DNA of 64,000 nt from Candidatus Eiseniibacteriota bacterium (GTDB lineage Bacteria; Eisenbacteria; RBG-16-71-46): assembly GCA_025360715.1 (NCBI GenBank), contig JANYBS010000189.1:29229-93228 (forward strand). The letters run 5' to 3'. The notes beneath the pieces were generated by a model. The model saw only the letters and a program-made list of their open reading frames with translations, searched no databases and was not told where the DNA came from. The translations under genes and the position numbers were made by a program. Numbering within the stretch: the stretch's first letter is position 1; each line of letters opens with the position of its first letter. Below are positions 8,993-18,428 of this stretch, piece after piece.

Positions 8993-10278
8993 GCAGGGTC
9001 GTCCGGATCGCCACGCAGCCGTCGCTTGGTGTCTTTCGTGTCACGTTCTTTCGAGAGCGGCGTGGGGTCCTTGCGCTTCATGAGCCCGAAGGGCACGTGC
9101 CCACTCTCGCGCCGGTGCGTGAGCGCGCCCGCCGGCACCACCGATGCTTCGCCAAGCTTATCGCGCACCTTGTCGAGCGCTTGCTGAAGGGCCTTGGAGC
9201 GTTCATCCGATACGAAGAGCTCGATCTGGCCACTCTCGCCACGTTTCTCGAGCGCGCTCGCCGAGAGTCCCAGCAGGCGGATCGGCTCGCCCTTCCAGTT
9301 GGCCTTCCACAGCGCGCGCGCCGTATCGAAGATACGCAGGTGGTCGTCGACCGCGACCGGCAGCGCCTTCTGCCGCGTGATCGTGTGGAAGCGGAAATCC
9401 CGCAGCTTGAGCGTGATCGTCCTGGCCGCGAACTCCTCGCTGCGCAGACGGCGGGCGACCTGATCGGCGAGGCGCAGGAGCGTCCCTTCCAGAAACTCCG
9501 CGTCGCGGCAGTCTTCGGGCAGCGTGACCTCATGCCCCATCGACTTGGGATCGACACCCTCGTGATAAGGCACGAGCGGCGTCTGGTCGCGCCCCCATGC
9601 GGCCTGCCTGAGCTGCGGGCCGATCATGCCGAACGTCCGCTGCAGTAGCGGCTCGGGCGCGTTGCCAAGGTCACCGATCGTGCGGATGCCGAGCTGGTTC
9701 AACCGCTGCGACATCTTGGGGCCCACGCCCCAGAGCTCCTGCACCTCGAGCGGCCAGTACGTGCGCCGGAAGCCTTCTTCATCGAGCGCGGTGATGCCCT
9801 TGGGCTTCTGCAGCCCCGACGCCATCTTGGCGATGAGCTTATTCGGGCCGATGCCGATCGACGCGCCCAAGCCGTGCTGCTCGGCGATGCGGCGCTGGAT
9901 ATCGCGCGCGATGACGCTCGCCGACTCGAGGGTATCGCCGCGGCCGGCGAGCCCGACCAGGCTCAGGAACGCCTCATCGACGCTGAAGGGTTCCACATCG
10001 GGTGTGACGGTGAGGAAGAGCTCCAGCAGCTCAAGCGACTTCTCGACGTACTTGGACGGATCGCCCTCGACATATTCAGCGTTCGGGCACAACCGCCGAG
10101 CCTCGGCCAGCGGCATACCCGCGCGCACGCCAAAGGGTCGCGCCTCGTAAGAGGCTGCCGTGACCACGCCGCGGCGGTCCGGATCGCCACAGACGATCAC
10201 CGCTTTGCCGCGCAGATGCGGATGCAGCATCTGCTCGACCGAGGCGAAGAAGGCATCCATGTCGACCAGCAGGATCAT
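8989..10278 (-). CDS. dinB: Y-family DNA polymerase IV
   Basis: VDMDAFFASVE, AASYEAR, SVDEAF (catalytic acids intact), LWGVG HhH, little-finger domain. Confidence 0.95.
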   Translation of the reverse strand: MILLVDMDAFFASVEQMLHPHLRGKAVIVCGDPDRRGVVTAASYEARPFGVRAGMPLAEARRLCPNAEYVEGDPSKYVEKSLELLELFLTVTPDVEPFSVDEAFLSLVGLAGRGDTLESASVIARDIQRRIAEQHGLGASIGIGPNKLIAKMASGLQKPKGITALDEEGFRRTYWPLEVQELWGVGPKMSQRLNQLGIRTIGDLGNAPEPLLQRTFGMIGPQLRQAAWGRDQTPLVPYHEGVDPKSMGHEVTLPEDCRDAEFLEGTLLRLADQVARRLRSEEFAARTITLKLRDFRFHTITRQKALPVAVDDHLRIFDTARALWKANWKGEPIRLLGLSASALEKRGESGQIELFVSDERSKALQQALDKVRDKLGEASVVPAGALTHRRESGHVPFGLMKRKDPTPLSKERDTKDTKRRLRGDPDDPA

Positions 10279-10300
10279 GCGCGGCCTTTCTTGCACCGGC

Positions 10301-10555
10301 TCACGCCGGGCCCGTCCATGCGCGGCTGAGCACCCACTTGGCGCCGCGCGCGTCGTAGCAGAGCTCGTAGCTCTCTTCCTTGGGGCCCTGGATCGCGAAG
10401 TAGCGCAGAACGGCTTGCCCCTCGCGCCGGTTCCATTGCCCCGTCACCTTGGCGACTCGTACCACACGCCCCTGCCAACGGAAGCGGATCGGGCGCATGG
10501 CGCCGTCCACGAACGCGGTGAGTACATCGACTGGATCATTGAGTGATTCGAACAT
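10301..10555 (-). CDS. Small protein resembling DUF6504 / ImuB C-terminal domain
   Basis: 84 aa; PIRFRWQGRVVRV...W...RYF...YEL...W pattern; GGAG RBS; first gene of the dinB unit. Confidence 0.65.
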   Translation of the reverse strand: MFESLNDPVDVLTAFVDGAMRPIRFRWQGRVVRVAKVTGQWNRREGQAVLRYFAIQGPKEESYELCYDARGAKWVLSRAWTGPA

Positions 10556-10586
10556 GGAGACGCGACTCTGGGCTGGCACCGCCCGG

Positions 10587-10616
10587 ATGATACTGCACAT
10601 CTGTGCAGTATCGCAA
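10587..10616 (-). promoter_or_regulatory. Promoter with overlapping palindromic operator (SOS-box-like)
   Basis: TTGCGA(10616-10611)-N18-TATCAT(10592-10587); GATACTGCACA-TC-TGTGCAGTATC (10589-10612) fills the spacer. Confidence 0.75.
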
Positions 10617-10658
10617 TCGCCATCATGACTGCCCGTGGCGCTGCAGCGGCGGGCCGCG

Positions 10659-12923
10659 TCAGCGTAGCGCCACCACCTTGGCGCTCGCGGTCACTCCCGC
10701 CTCGTCCACCCGCACGAGGTACACCCCGGCGGCCAGGCCCTCGCCGAGCTCGAGCGGGTGCTCGCCCGCGCCGGCCGCCGCGAGATCGCGCGTGGCCACC
10801 GCGCGACCCGCCAGATCGAACGCCCGCAGGCGCACGGCGCCCGCGTGAGGCAGCGTGAGCAGCACGCGCAACCGCCCCATCGCCACGCCAGCGCCGCGCA
10901 CGGCAAGCGAGTTCGCGTGCACCGGCGCGGGCGCTACCTCGGCGGTGGCGTCCACCACGCGGCTGAAGTACGAGTCCGGCGAGCCGCCGCGGCCATCGGT
11001 CCAGTTCGCGTACACATTCATGCCATCGGCGATGAGCGCGCTGTAGTCGCCCATGTTCGGAAACATGTTCGAGGCCACGTTGTTCCAGTTCACACTCGGG
11101 CCGGCGTTCACGCGCGCGCTCGCGCCGAAAGTGCGCCCGCTGTCGTCGGAGCGCGCCACGTAGACGTCGGTCAAGATACCGTTGGCCGGGTCGCCCACGT
11201 GCCCATACCACGAGACGAACACGCGGTGAGCGACGTCGATCGCCACCTCGGGCCAGATCTCGTCGAAGCCCGGCGGCGTATCGCTCACGCGCGTCGGCGG
11301 GCTCCATGTCGTACCGCCATCGCTCGAACGCGAGAGCATGATGTCGCGGTGGTCGCGCGCGACATCGGTGAACGACGGCGTGTGCGCGCCGGTCACCACT
11401 TGGTACGCCCCGATATCCGCGGTGAAGCCATCCCAGTTGAGCACGCGCAGATAGTAGGTGCCGGTACTCGGCAGTGTGAATTCGATGGGACTGCGGCCGC
11501 CGCTGAAATGCGAATAGGCGACGCGGTTCGCCGTGGCGCCACCGCCAGCGAACAACCGCAGGTAGCCGTTGCATGACGCATCGACGGGCGTCAGTGAGAA
11601 CTCCGCGACCTGACCGGCCAGGCCGGTGAACGAGAACCAGTCCTGGTCGAAGACGCCGGCCAGCGCGCCGTGGAGCGTGGCCCCCAGCGTGAACGGCGTC
11701 GCCTGCGCCGAGGCATCGTCGGGCTCGAGTTCGTTCACCACGCCCGTCGTGCCGAGCAGGTCGCGGTTGAAGTCCACGCCCTCGTTCCACACCGCGATGA
11801 GCGTGCCACGGCTGGGCGTACTCGAGAGGTCCACGTCGAACGACACCTGCGCAACGACGCGCTCGCGATTGAACCCCGCAGGGCCCGAATAGAAATTGTT
11901 CATGAACGCGCGGCCACCGATGTTGGCTTCGGGCCCGAACGTGAGCCCGGCATCGTTCGACCGGCGGATGCGCAGGTATTCCTTGGAGTCGACGCGGCTG
12001 AAGCAGTAGTAGGCCAGAAAGACTTCGCCGTTCGGGCCCACGCGCAGGCGCGGCGACATGTCACCCGAGGTGGCGGGATCACTGAGCGCGATCGGCGCCG
12101 ACCACGTGACGCCGTGATCGAGCGAGCGCGAGAACTCCAAGCGCTGGCCGCCGGCGCCGAAGAAGCGGACGTAAGCCACGTATACGGCGCCGCTCACCGG
12201 GTCGGTCGCGAGCCAGGGCTTGTCGAGCACGTCCGAGCCGCTCACCGCGATCACGTACGGATTCGCCCAGACAAGCGTGCTGCCCACGAACATGCCGTGG
12301 TTCACCGAAATAGCGTACTGCCCGGCGCTGGGCCGGTATAGACTCGCCAGATACCAGTGCCCCGCCGGCTCGCTCACGATCACGGGATCGCCGTAGTAGA
12401 TGTCGGTCAGACCGGTGGTGGGCGGACTGCCCGCATCGATCCAAGTGGCGCCGCCGTCGACCGAGTAGCCCCAACCGGTGGCGCCAGGCCGCACGCCGAA
12501 CGAAGCGCCGTCATTCCAGCCCGCGACGATCTGCAGTCCCTGCGCGGACAGCGAGAGTTCCGCCTCGCAGTTGTTGGCGGCACCGGGGCCATTGATGCGC
12601 AGATCGGCGCCCAGAGCGCGCAAGGCGCCGCCGCTTCCCGGCCCTGCGCCCTTCGCGGCGCCCCACTCGCGTGGCGCGTACACCGGATCGGAGGGATCGT
12701 CATCGCGGGCGAGCGCCTCATCGCTCTCGCGCATGGTCTCGAGGACAAGGTCCGGTGGCAGGATGCCGGACCAGGTGCTCACCGCGCGCGACGCGGAGTC
12801 CGGGTGGCCGACGGGCGGTAGCGCGGGCGCGTCGGTTGGCCGGCGGGCCGCCCCGCCATCGGCGAGCGCGGCGATGGGCAGCAGCAACGCGAACAGGATC
12901 GGCAGATGGCCGGCGCGTGACAT
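10659..12923 (-). CDS. Secreted BNR/Asp-box beta-propeller protein with PPC insert and T9SS-like CTD
   Basis: Signal peptide; five Asp-boxes (SVDGGATW, SLDHGVTW, SNDAGLTF, SSDGGTTW, SDDSGRTF); ELEPDD...DQDWFSF...GTYYLRV; C-terminal FDLAGR...AGVYLVRV...KVVALR. Confidence 0.8.
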   Translation of the reverse strand: MSRAGHLPILFALLLPIAALADGGAARRPTDAPALPPVGHPDSASRAVSTWSGILPPDLVLETMRESDEALARDDDPSDPVYAPREWGAAKGAGPGSGGALRALGADLRINGPGAANNCEAELSLSAQGLQIVAGWNDGASFGVRPGATGWGYSVDGGATWIDAGSPPTTGLTDIYYGDPVIVSEPAGHWYLASLYRPSAGQYAISVNHGMFVGSTLVWANPYVIAVSGSDVLDKPWLATDPVSGAVYVAYVRFFGAGGQRLEFSRSLDHGVTWSAPIALSDPATSGDMSPRLRVGPNGEVFLAYYCFSRVDSKEYLRIRRSNDAGLTFGPEANIGGRAFMNNFYSGPAGFNRERVVAQVSFDVDLSSTPSRGTLIAVWNEGVDFNRDLLGTTGVVNELEPDDASAQATPFTLGATLHGALAGVFDQDWFSFTGLAGQVAEFSLTPVDASCNGYLRLFAGGGATANRVAYSHFSGGRSPIEFTLPSTGTYYLRVLNWDGFTADIGAYQVVTGAHTPSFTDVARDHRDIMLSRSSDGGTTWSPPTRVSDTPPGFDEIWPEVAIDVAHRVFVSWYGHVGDPANGILTDVYVARSDDSGRTFGASARVNAGPSVNWNNVASNMFPNMGDYSALIADGMNVYANWTDGRGGSPDSYFSRVVDATAEVAPAPVHANSLAVRGAGVAMGRLRVLLTLPHAGAVRLRAFDLAGRAVATRDLAAAGAGEHPLELGEGLAAGVYLVRVDEAGVTASAKVVALR

Positions 12924-13033
12924 GGGCAGTGGCCCTCGTGGGCGAGGAGGTTGCGGATCGAGTGCCCGGTCACAGGGAGCATACCCGGTCACGGCCGCTC
13001 CGCGCACGCCCGAAGCCATGCTAGCTTGGGCGC

Positions 13034-15016
13034 GTGCCCACCCGCGCCCCAAGCTCGCTATCGCCCGCCGCCAGTCGGCGCGCCGCCTACGCGCTGGCGT
13101 TGATCGCCACTGCGCTCTGGACGGCGCTGGCGTGGGGCAAATACCACAGCTTCCTCTACACGGACTTCGACCTCGCGCTCTTCGCGCAAGCCGCGCACGG
13201 CGTACTGCATGGCTCGTTCTTCACCTCGATCCGCGGCATGCATTGGCTGGGTGACCACAGTTCGCTCGTGCTCATCCCGCTCTCGCCGCTCACGGCGCTC
13301 ATGCCCCCGGCGCTGGCGCTGCTCGCAGCCCAATGCGCGGCGCTCGCGCTGGGCGCGCTACCGGTGCATGCGTACGCGCTCAAGCGCACAGGCGACGCCG
13401 TACTGGCGCTCGGTTGCGCGCTGATCTGGCTGCTGCTGCCCGCGCTCAGCTGGCAGGCGATGTTCGAGTTCCACCCCGAGACGCTCGCGGCGCCAGCGCT
13501 CCTGGCTGCATGGGTGGCGATCGACGCGCGCCGCCCGCGCGCAGCGCTGGCGTGGATGGCGTTCGCGCTGCTGGCCAAGGAGGACGTGGCGCTCGTGGCG
13601 CTGGGCATGGCTGCCTGCGCGCTGCTGCCGCCGCGCACGCGCCAAAGCGCGCTGGCGCTGGGGCTGGCGGCGCTTGCGTGCGTCTCGCTGGCCGTCTCCT
13701 TCGCGTGGCTCAAGCCCGCGTTCGGCGGCGGCGCGGACTACGGCATGCTCTATCGCGATCTTGGCGCGACGCCGCGCGAGGTGGCGGTGCATCTGCTGAG
13801 TGATCCGCTGGGCGCGCTGACGCGCCTATTCGCCACACCGGGCCATGCGGTGGACAGCGCGCTCAAGCTGCGTTTCTGGCACCAGATGCTTCTGCCACTC
13901 GCCTACCTGAGCGTGCTCGCGCCCTTCGCTTTGTTGCCGGCGGCGCCGGTCTTCGCCGAGCACTTATTGGCATGGCGCCCCGAGCAGCACAGCATCTACT
14001 ACCAGTACACGGCGCTCACGCTGCCCTTCGTGATGCTCGCAGGCGTCGACGGCCTGGCGCAGCTGCGCGCGTGGCAGCCGCGCGCGGCGGCCACGGGGGC
14101 AGGATTCGCACTGCTGCTCGCGGTGCTCGCGCAAACGCAGTTCGGCGCACTGGGCGAACTCGCGCATGCAGGCGGCGAGCCCGGCCTGGGTGGCCTGGCG
14201 CCGGAAGCGACGTGGGCGGACCCGCGCTCGCGCGCGCTGGCCGGGGATCGCGCGCGGATGCTTGCGGCGCTGCCGGCGCGCGGCGATGTGGCCGCCAGCT
14301 TCGTGTTCCTCTCGCACCTGGCCGCGCGCGACAGCGTGCATGCTCTGCATCACATCACCGGCGGCACGTACACGTTTTCGCGCAAGTCCTATACGATGCC
14401 ATCCGACTTGCGCGGCCTGGTCTGCGACTACAGTTGGGACGACCAGTTGGCGTTCGCATCGACCGACGCTCGCCGCCGGCTCGCGCGGTGCATCGCCGTG
14501 AATGCGCTGCAGCCCGCGGCTCTGGGCAGCGAGATGATCACGTACACGCGCGGCGCGCGTGACACCGTGGAGCTCCTGCACGCCGTCGATGCGACACGTG
14601 GGATTGGGAGCGTGGCGGTCGATCCCGCGCTCGTGTTCCTGGGCGGCACGCCGGCGGCACTGTTCGTGGCGCAAGGCCGGGCGCTCGAGTTGCGCCTGCG
14701 CTGGCAGCGGGTGACGCCCAGCGATACGTCGTATTGCGCCGAACTCGCTCTTCGCGAGGCCGGCGGCGACGACGTGCTCGAGCAGCCGCATCTGGTCGGC
14801 CACGCGCCTTCACCGCCCGCGCTGTGGAAGCAAGACCAAGGCTACGAGGAGTCGGTGCGGCTCATGGTGCCCGACAACGTGAAGCCCGGCGCCTATGACC
14901 TGCTGGTGCGCTTCGGACGCATCACGGGTGCGGCCTATGTGGCGGCGGCCGATGCGCGGGGCCAAGAACTGCCGGCGGTGACGCTGGCGCGCATCGCAGT
15001 CACGCCCGCCCGTTGA
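13034..15016 (+). CDS. DUF2079 membrane protein (GT-C-like glycosyltransferase)
   Basis: DFDLALFAQ, WLGDHSSL, EFHPET, AKED and YYQY motifs; multiple TM helices. Confidence 0.8.
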   Translation: MPTRAPSSLSPAASRRAAYALALIATALWTALAWGKYHSFLYTDFDLALFAQAAHGVLHGSFFTSIRGMHWLGDHSSLVLIPLSPLTALMPPALALLAAQCAALALGALPVHAYALKRTGDAVLALGCALIWLLLPALSWQAMFEFHPETLAAPALLAAWVAIDARRPRAALAWMAFALLAKEDVALVALGMAACALLPPRTRQSALALGLAALACVSLAVSFAWLKPAFGGGADYGMLYRDLGATPREVAVHLLSDPLGALTRLFATPGHAVDSALKLRFWHQMLLPLAYLSVLAPFALLPAAPVFAEHLLAWRPEQHSIYYQYTALTLPFVMLAGVDGLAQLRAWQPRAAATGAGFALLLAVLAQTQFGALGELAHAGGEPGLGGLAPEATWADPRSRALAGDRARMLAALPARGDVAASFVFLSHLAARDSVHALHHITGGTYTFSRKSYTMPSDLRGLVCDYSWDDQLAFASTDARRRLARCIAVNALQPAALGSEMITYTRGARDTVELLHAVDATRGIGSVAVDPALVFLGGTPAALFVAQGRALELRLRWQRVTPSDTSYCAELALREAGGDDVLEQPHLVGHAPSPPALWKQDQGYEESVRLMVPDNVKPGAYDLLVRFGRITGAAYVAAADARGQELPAVTLARIAVTPAR

Positions 15017-15038
15017 GCGCCCGCGCCGAAGCCCGCGA

Positions 15039-15674
15039 TCATCGCAGGCCGTTCTGCTTGTCCAAGCGCGCCTTCGCGGCCGGCCAATCGTGGGCCTCGA
15101 GCCGCATCCAGACGCGATGCCGGCCATCGAGTTGCACCGCAGCCGCGTCCTCGTTGCCGGCGATCCACAGCGTGGCAGCGGTCGGCGGCCCGGCGGGCAG
15201 CACGCGCGAGTAGATGCCCCAGGTCGCGCGCTGACCCGAGCGGCCGAGTTCGATGCGCGCGGAGGGCTCGCCCCACTTGCCGCGGCGTTCGGTCACGATC
15301 CGGTCGTAGAGTTCGATCGCCTCACCCAGCGCCACGCTCTCGAAGCGCACGGTCACGGCGATCAGCCGCGAGTGCACGTCGTACTCGCACGCGACGCGCA
15401 CCGGGCGCTCATCGAGCGTGCCGCGAAACTCGTCCTTCACGCGCACGCCGGCGCGCGAGAAGCCCTTGGGCTCCAGCTTCGCATCGACATCGTGCCGCGG
15501 AGTGCCCCAGCGCAGGTGCTCAAACACGATGGTGTCGGCGGTGGTCGCCATGGGCACATGCAGGTCGGGTGCGGGCGGCATGGAACGCACCGGTGCGGGC
15601 GCGCGCGGCGCCGAGAAAGCGAACGGCGGCAGCGCAAGAAGCGCTGCCGCCGTCACGAGGAGCCGATACTTCAT
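15039..15674 (-). CDS. Exported hypothetical protein, last gene of the ccm operon
   Basis: Signal peptide MKYRLLVTAAALLALPPFAFS; ATGA overlap with ccmF. Confidence 0.75.
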   Translation of the reverse strand: MKYRLLVTAAALLALPPFAFSAPRAPAPVRSMPPAPDLHVPMATTADTIVFEHLRWGTPRHDVDAKLEPKGFSRAGVRVKDEFRGTLDERPVRVACEYDVHSRLIAVTVRFESVALGEAIELYDRIVTERRGKWGEPSARIELGRSGQRATWGIYSRVLPAGPPTAATLWIAGNEDAAAVQLDGRHRVWMRLEAHDWPAAKARLDKQNGLR

Positions 15675-17935
15675 GCGCCCACAGTGGGCCGCTGGGCGTC
15701 ACCGATACGGCGGAACATCGACAGGAACGCCGACAGCAGCGTCACCACGGCGCCGATCCACACCAAGTTGATGAACGGTTTGGTGCTCACCTCGACGGCG
15801 AGGATCTCCTCCTGCTGGCCCTTGTCGCTGCCCGGCAGGGCGAGCTGCACCTTGCCGGTCTGCGGATCGGCGCTGATGATGCTGACCGCGCCGCCGCCCG
15901 GGATGTAGTCGGGCGTCTTCTTCATGCCGCCGGGACCCGCCTCGAACACCGGATGCAGCGGCACCGTGCGGCCGCCCGTTTCGGCGGTCAGGTTCACGAT
16001 GAGCTTCATGCCGTTCGCCTGAGGTTCGGGCGTGAAGGACTCGAACGTGTACTTGACCTGTCCGACCGTCTTGCTCTCGCCCGGTGCGAACCACATGCCA
16101 TCGCCGCCGCCCGGCTTGTCGCCGACCATCTCCTGCGGCGAGATGTAGATGTCGTGCGTCGCGAAGCGCTCGATGTGCGGCTTCTTCATGTAGCCCTGGT
16201 TGAACTCGCTCCAGTAGAACCGCGCGCGCGCCGTGAACTGGCGCTCGGGCGTGGTCACGGCGATCACTGCCGCGTCCTTGCCCTCGGCATCGCGCGTCAT
16301 GCCCTGGAACGTCATCTGATAGCCGAGCGCGTTGCGCGTCTCGCCCTTGGGAAGCTGCACCTGCGCCGACTTGCCGTACGTCGACGACGCGATCACCCCG
16401 ATGAGCAGGATCGACACGCCCATGTGGCCCAGGTAGGCCACGCCGTGCTTCCAGCTGGCCTTGAAGCCCTTGACCGTGACGATGAGATTCGATGCGAACG
16501 CGAACGCCATGGCGAACATGATGAGCGCCGGCATCGTGTCCTTGACGCCCCACAGGAACGCGAGCAAGGCGAAGACGACCGCGAACAAGATCGCCGGCAG
16601 CGCTGCCTGGAACATGGACTTCACGTCATGCTTGCGCCAGCGCAGCAGCGGCGCGATACCCAGGAGGATTCCCATGGCCACCGCGAGCGGTGCATTGACG
16701 AGGTTGTAGTAGCTCGTCTGCACATTGCTGGGCGGCCCGAAGAGTCGCGTGATGAGCGGCGCACTCATGCCGACCGTGACCAACGCGCACATGAGCATGA
16801 ACACCAACTGACCCAGCCACAGGAACGACTCGCGCGACACGTTGCCCAGCGGCTCCTTGGGATTCGGGATGTCGCGCAGGCGGAACAGCAAGAGCCCATA
16901 GCCGAACAGGCCCGCAACGCCCAGGAACGACAGCAGGAAGCCCGAGAGTCCCAGATTCGCGAACGAGTGCACCGAGAAGTCGGCGAGCACGCCGCTGCGG
17001 GTGAGGAATGAGGCGTAGAGCACGAGCACATACGAAGTGATCGCGAGGAAGAAGTTCGTCTTGCGAAGGCTTCCCGTCACACGCTGCACGAGCAGGCCAT
17101 GGAGCAGCGCCACATTGCAGAGCCAGGGGATGAACGAGCCGTTCTCGACCGGATCCCAGCCCCAGTAGCCGCCCCAGCCGAGCACCTTGTAGGCCCAGAC
17201 GCCGCCCATGATGAAGCCCGTCGCCTGGATGGCGGTGGAGAACACGACCCACGGCAGCGCCGGCTTGATCCAGCCGTCGTAGTCGCGCTTGAGCAGCGCG
17301 GCGCAGGCGATCGCGAAGGGAACCACGAACGACGAGAAGCCGGTGAAGAGCACCGGCGGATGGATCGTCATCCAATAGTCCTGCAGCAGCGGGTTCAGGC
17401 CCACACCATCGGTGTACGGCTGATCGGAAGGCAGGAACGGTCCGCGCATGACGCACACCAGCGTGAGCATGACGAGCGGTAGGTTGAGGAAGAACATCGC
17501 CGCGGGATTGTTCTCATGCTTCCAGCGCATGAGGATCAGACCGAGCGAAGCGGTGATGAACGCCCACAGGAGGAACGTGCCTTCCTGCCCACCCCAGAAC
17601 GCCGCGTAGACGAAGTGCAGCGGCATCGCGAGCGACGAGTAGTCGTGCACGTACTGATACTGGAACTGGTGATGGAACAGGATCCACCACAGGAACAACA
17701 CACCCGAGAGCATCGCCGCCCACTGCACGCCGAATGCGGCCTGTGCGGCCGGCTGCGCGCCCTTGCGCCCCTGCAGCACGGCCAGGTAGGAGAACCCGGC
17801 CGTGAGCGAGGCGAAGAACGCAAGCCAGCACAACACCTGGCCCGGGTTCATCACGTGCGTGGCTGTCAGCAACCCGCCCAGGATGAGCGCAGGAAGGATG
17901 AGCGCCGCAGTGACGGTGAGCGCAGTGCGGTTCAC
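15671..17935 (-). CDS. ccmF: Cytochrome c maturation heme lyase CcmF
   Basis: FWGGQEGTFLLW, GLNPLLQ, IHPPVLF, WGGYWGWDPVEN (WWD domain), LTRSG, SVHSF, KPFINLVW. Confidence 0.95.
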   Translation of the reverse strand: MNRTALTVTAALILPALILGGLLTATHVMNPGQVLCWLAFFASLTAGFSYLAVLQGRKGAQPAAQAAFGVQWAAMLSGVLFLWWILFHHQFQYQYVHDYSSLAMPLHFVYAAFWGGQEGTFLLWAFITASLGLILMRWKHENNPAAMFFLNLPLVMLTLVCVMRGPFLPSDQPYTDGVGLNPLLQDYWMTIHPPVLFTGFSSFVVPFAIACAALLKRDYDGWIKPALPWVVFSTAIQATGFIMGGVWAYKVLGWGGYWGWDPVENGSFIPWLCNVALLHGLLVQRVTGSLRKTNFFLAITSYVLVLYASFLTRSGVLADFSVHSFANLGLSGFLLSFLGVAGLFGYGLLLFRLRDIPNPKEPLGNVSRESFLWLGQLVFMLMCALVTVGMSAPLITRLFGPPSNVQTSYYNLVNAPLAVAMGILLGIAPLLRWRKHDVKSMFQAALPAILFAVVFALLAFLWGVKDTMPALIMFAMAFAFASNLIVTVKGFKASWKHGVAYLGHMGVSILLIGVIASSTYGKSAQVQLPKGETRNALGYQMTFQGMTRDAEGKDAAVIAVTTPERQFTARARFYWSEFNQGYMKKPHIERFATHDIYISPQEMVGDKPGGGDGMWFAPGESKTVGQVKYTFESFTPEPQANGMKLIVNLTAETGGRTVPLHPVFEAGPGGMKKTPDYIPGGGAVSIISADPQTGKVQLALPGSDKGQQEEILAVEVSTKPFINLVWIGAVVTLLSAFLSMFRRIGDAQRPTVGA

Positions 17936-18315
17936 GAAGTCTTCCCTTCCTTGGCCATCGCTTGGTACTTGGAGGGGCACTTGACGAGCAATTGGCTGGC
18001 CTCGAAGTGGTCCGCCTTGTACTGGCCGATCGCGACGATGCTCACCGCCTGGTCGAAGTTGCCGGGGATGACGCCGCGGTACTCGACCGGCATCACGTCA
18101 CCCTTCGTGTCCTTGAGCGAGAACTTGAGGTACTGCTCCTTCTCCTTGAGCACGTAGTCCTTGCTCGCCAGCGTGCCGTTGACCTGCACGAGACCCGCGT
18201 TCTGGCGCGCCTCGGCGAAACCGATGTACGGCGTCATGGTCTTCTTGAAGCTCGTCACGCCAACGCCCACGGCGCCCGCGAGGAGTACCAGCGCGATCAG
18301 CACTTTGATGTTCAT
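17932..18315 (-). CDS. ccmE: Heme chaperone CcmE, Cys (CxxxY) type
   Basis: N-terminal TM; LLVKCPSKY. Confidence 0.92.
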   Translation of the reverse strand: MNIKVLIALVLLAGAVGVGVTSFKKTMTPYIGFAEARQNAGLVQVNGTLASKDYVLKEKEQYLKFSLKDTKGDVMPVEYRGVIPGNFDQAVSIVAIGQYKADHFEASQLLVKCPSKYQAMAKEGKTS

Positions 18316-18419
18316 CGCTTCTCACTTTCTTTGATCTGCTTCTCGATGCGGAGCAAGTAGAGGAACAGCAGGCCCCAGAGCAGCACCGACACGCCCAACA
18401 CCACCAGATCACGGTTCAT
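18312..18419 (-). CDS. ccmD: CcmD small membrane protein (35 aa)
   Basis: Manual translation MNRDLVVLGVSVLLWGLLFLYLLRIEKQIKESEKR between ccmC and ccmE, ATGA overlap with ccmE. Confidence 0.8.
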   Translation of the reverse strand: MNRDLVVLGVSVLLWGLLFLYLLRIEKQIKESEKR

Positions 18420-18428
18420 GGGATGCCC

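Noticed and set aside
10659-12923. Calling the BNR protein a sialidase
   Set aside because: Asp-boxes alone are not diagnostic; catalytic motifs not identified
12965-12992. 9-bp direct repeat CCCGGTCAC at 19-bp spacing in a divergent promoter
   Set aside because: Only two GC-rich copies; plausible by chance
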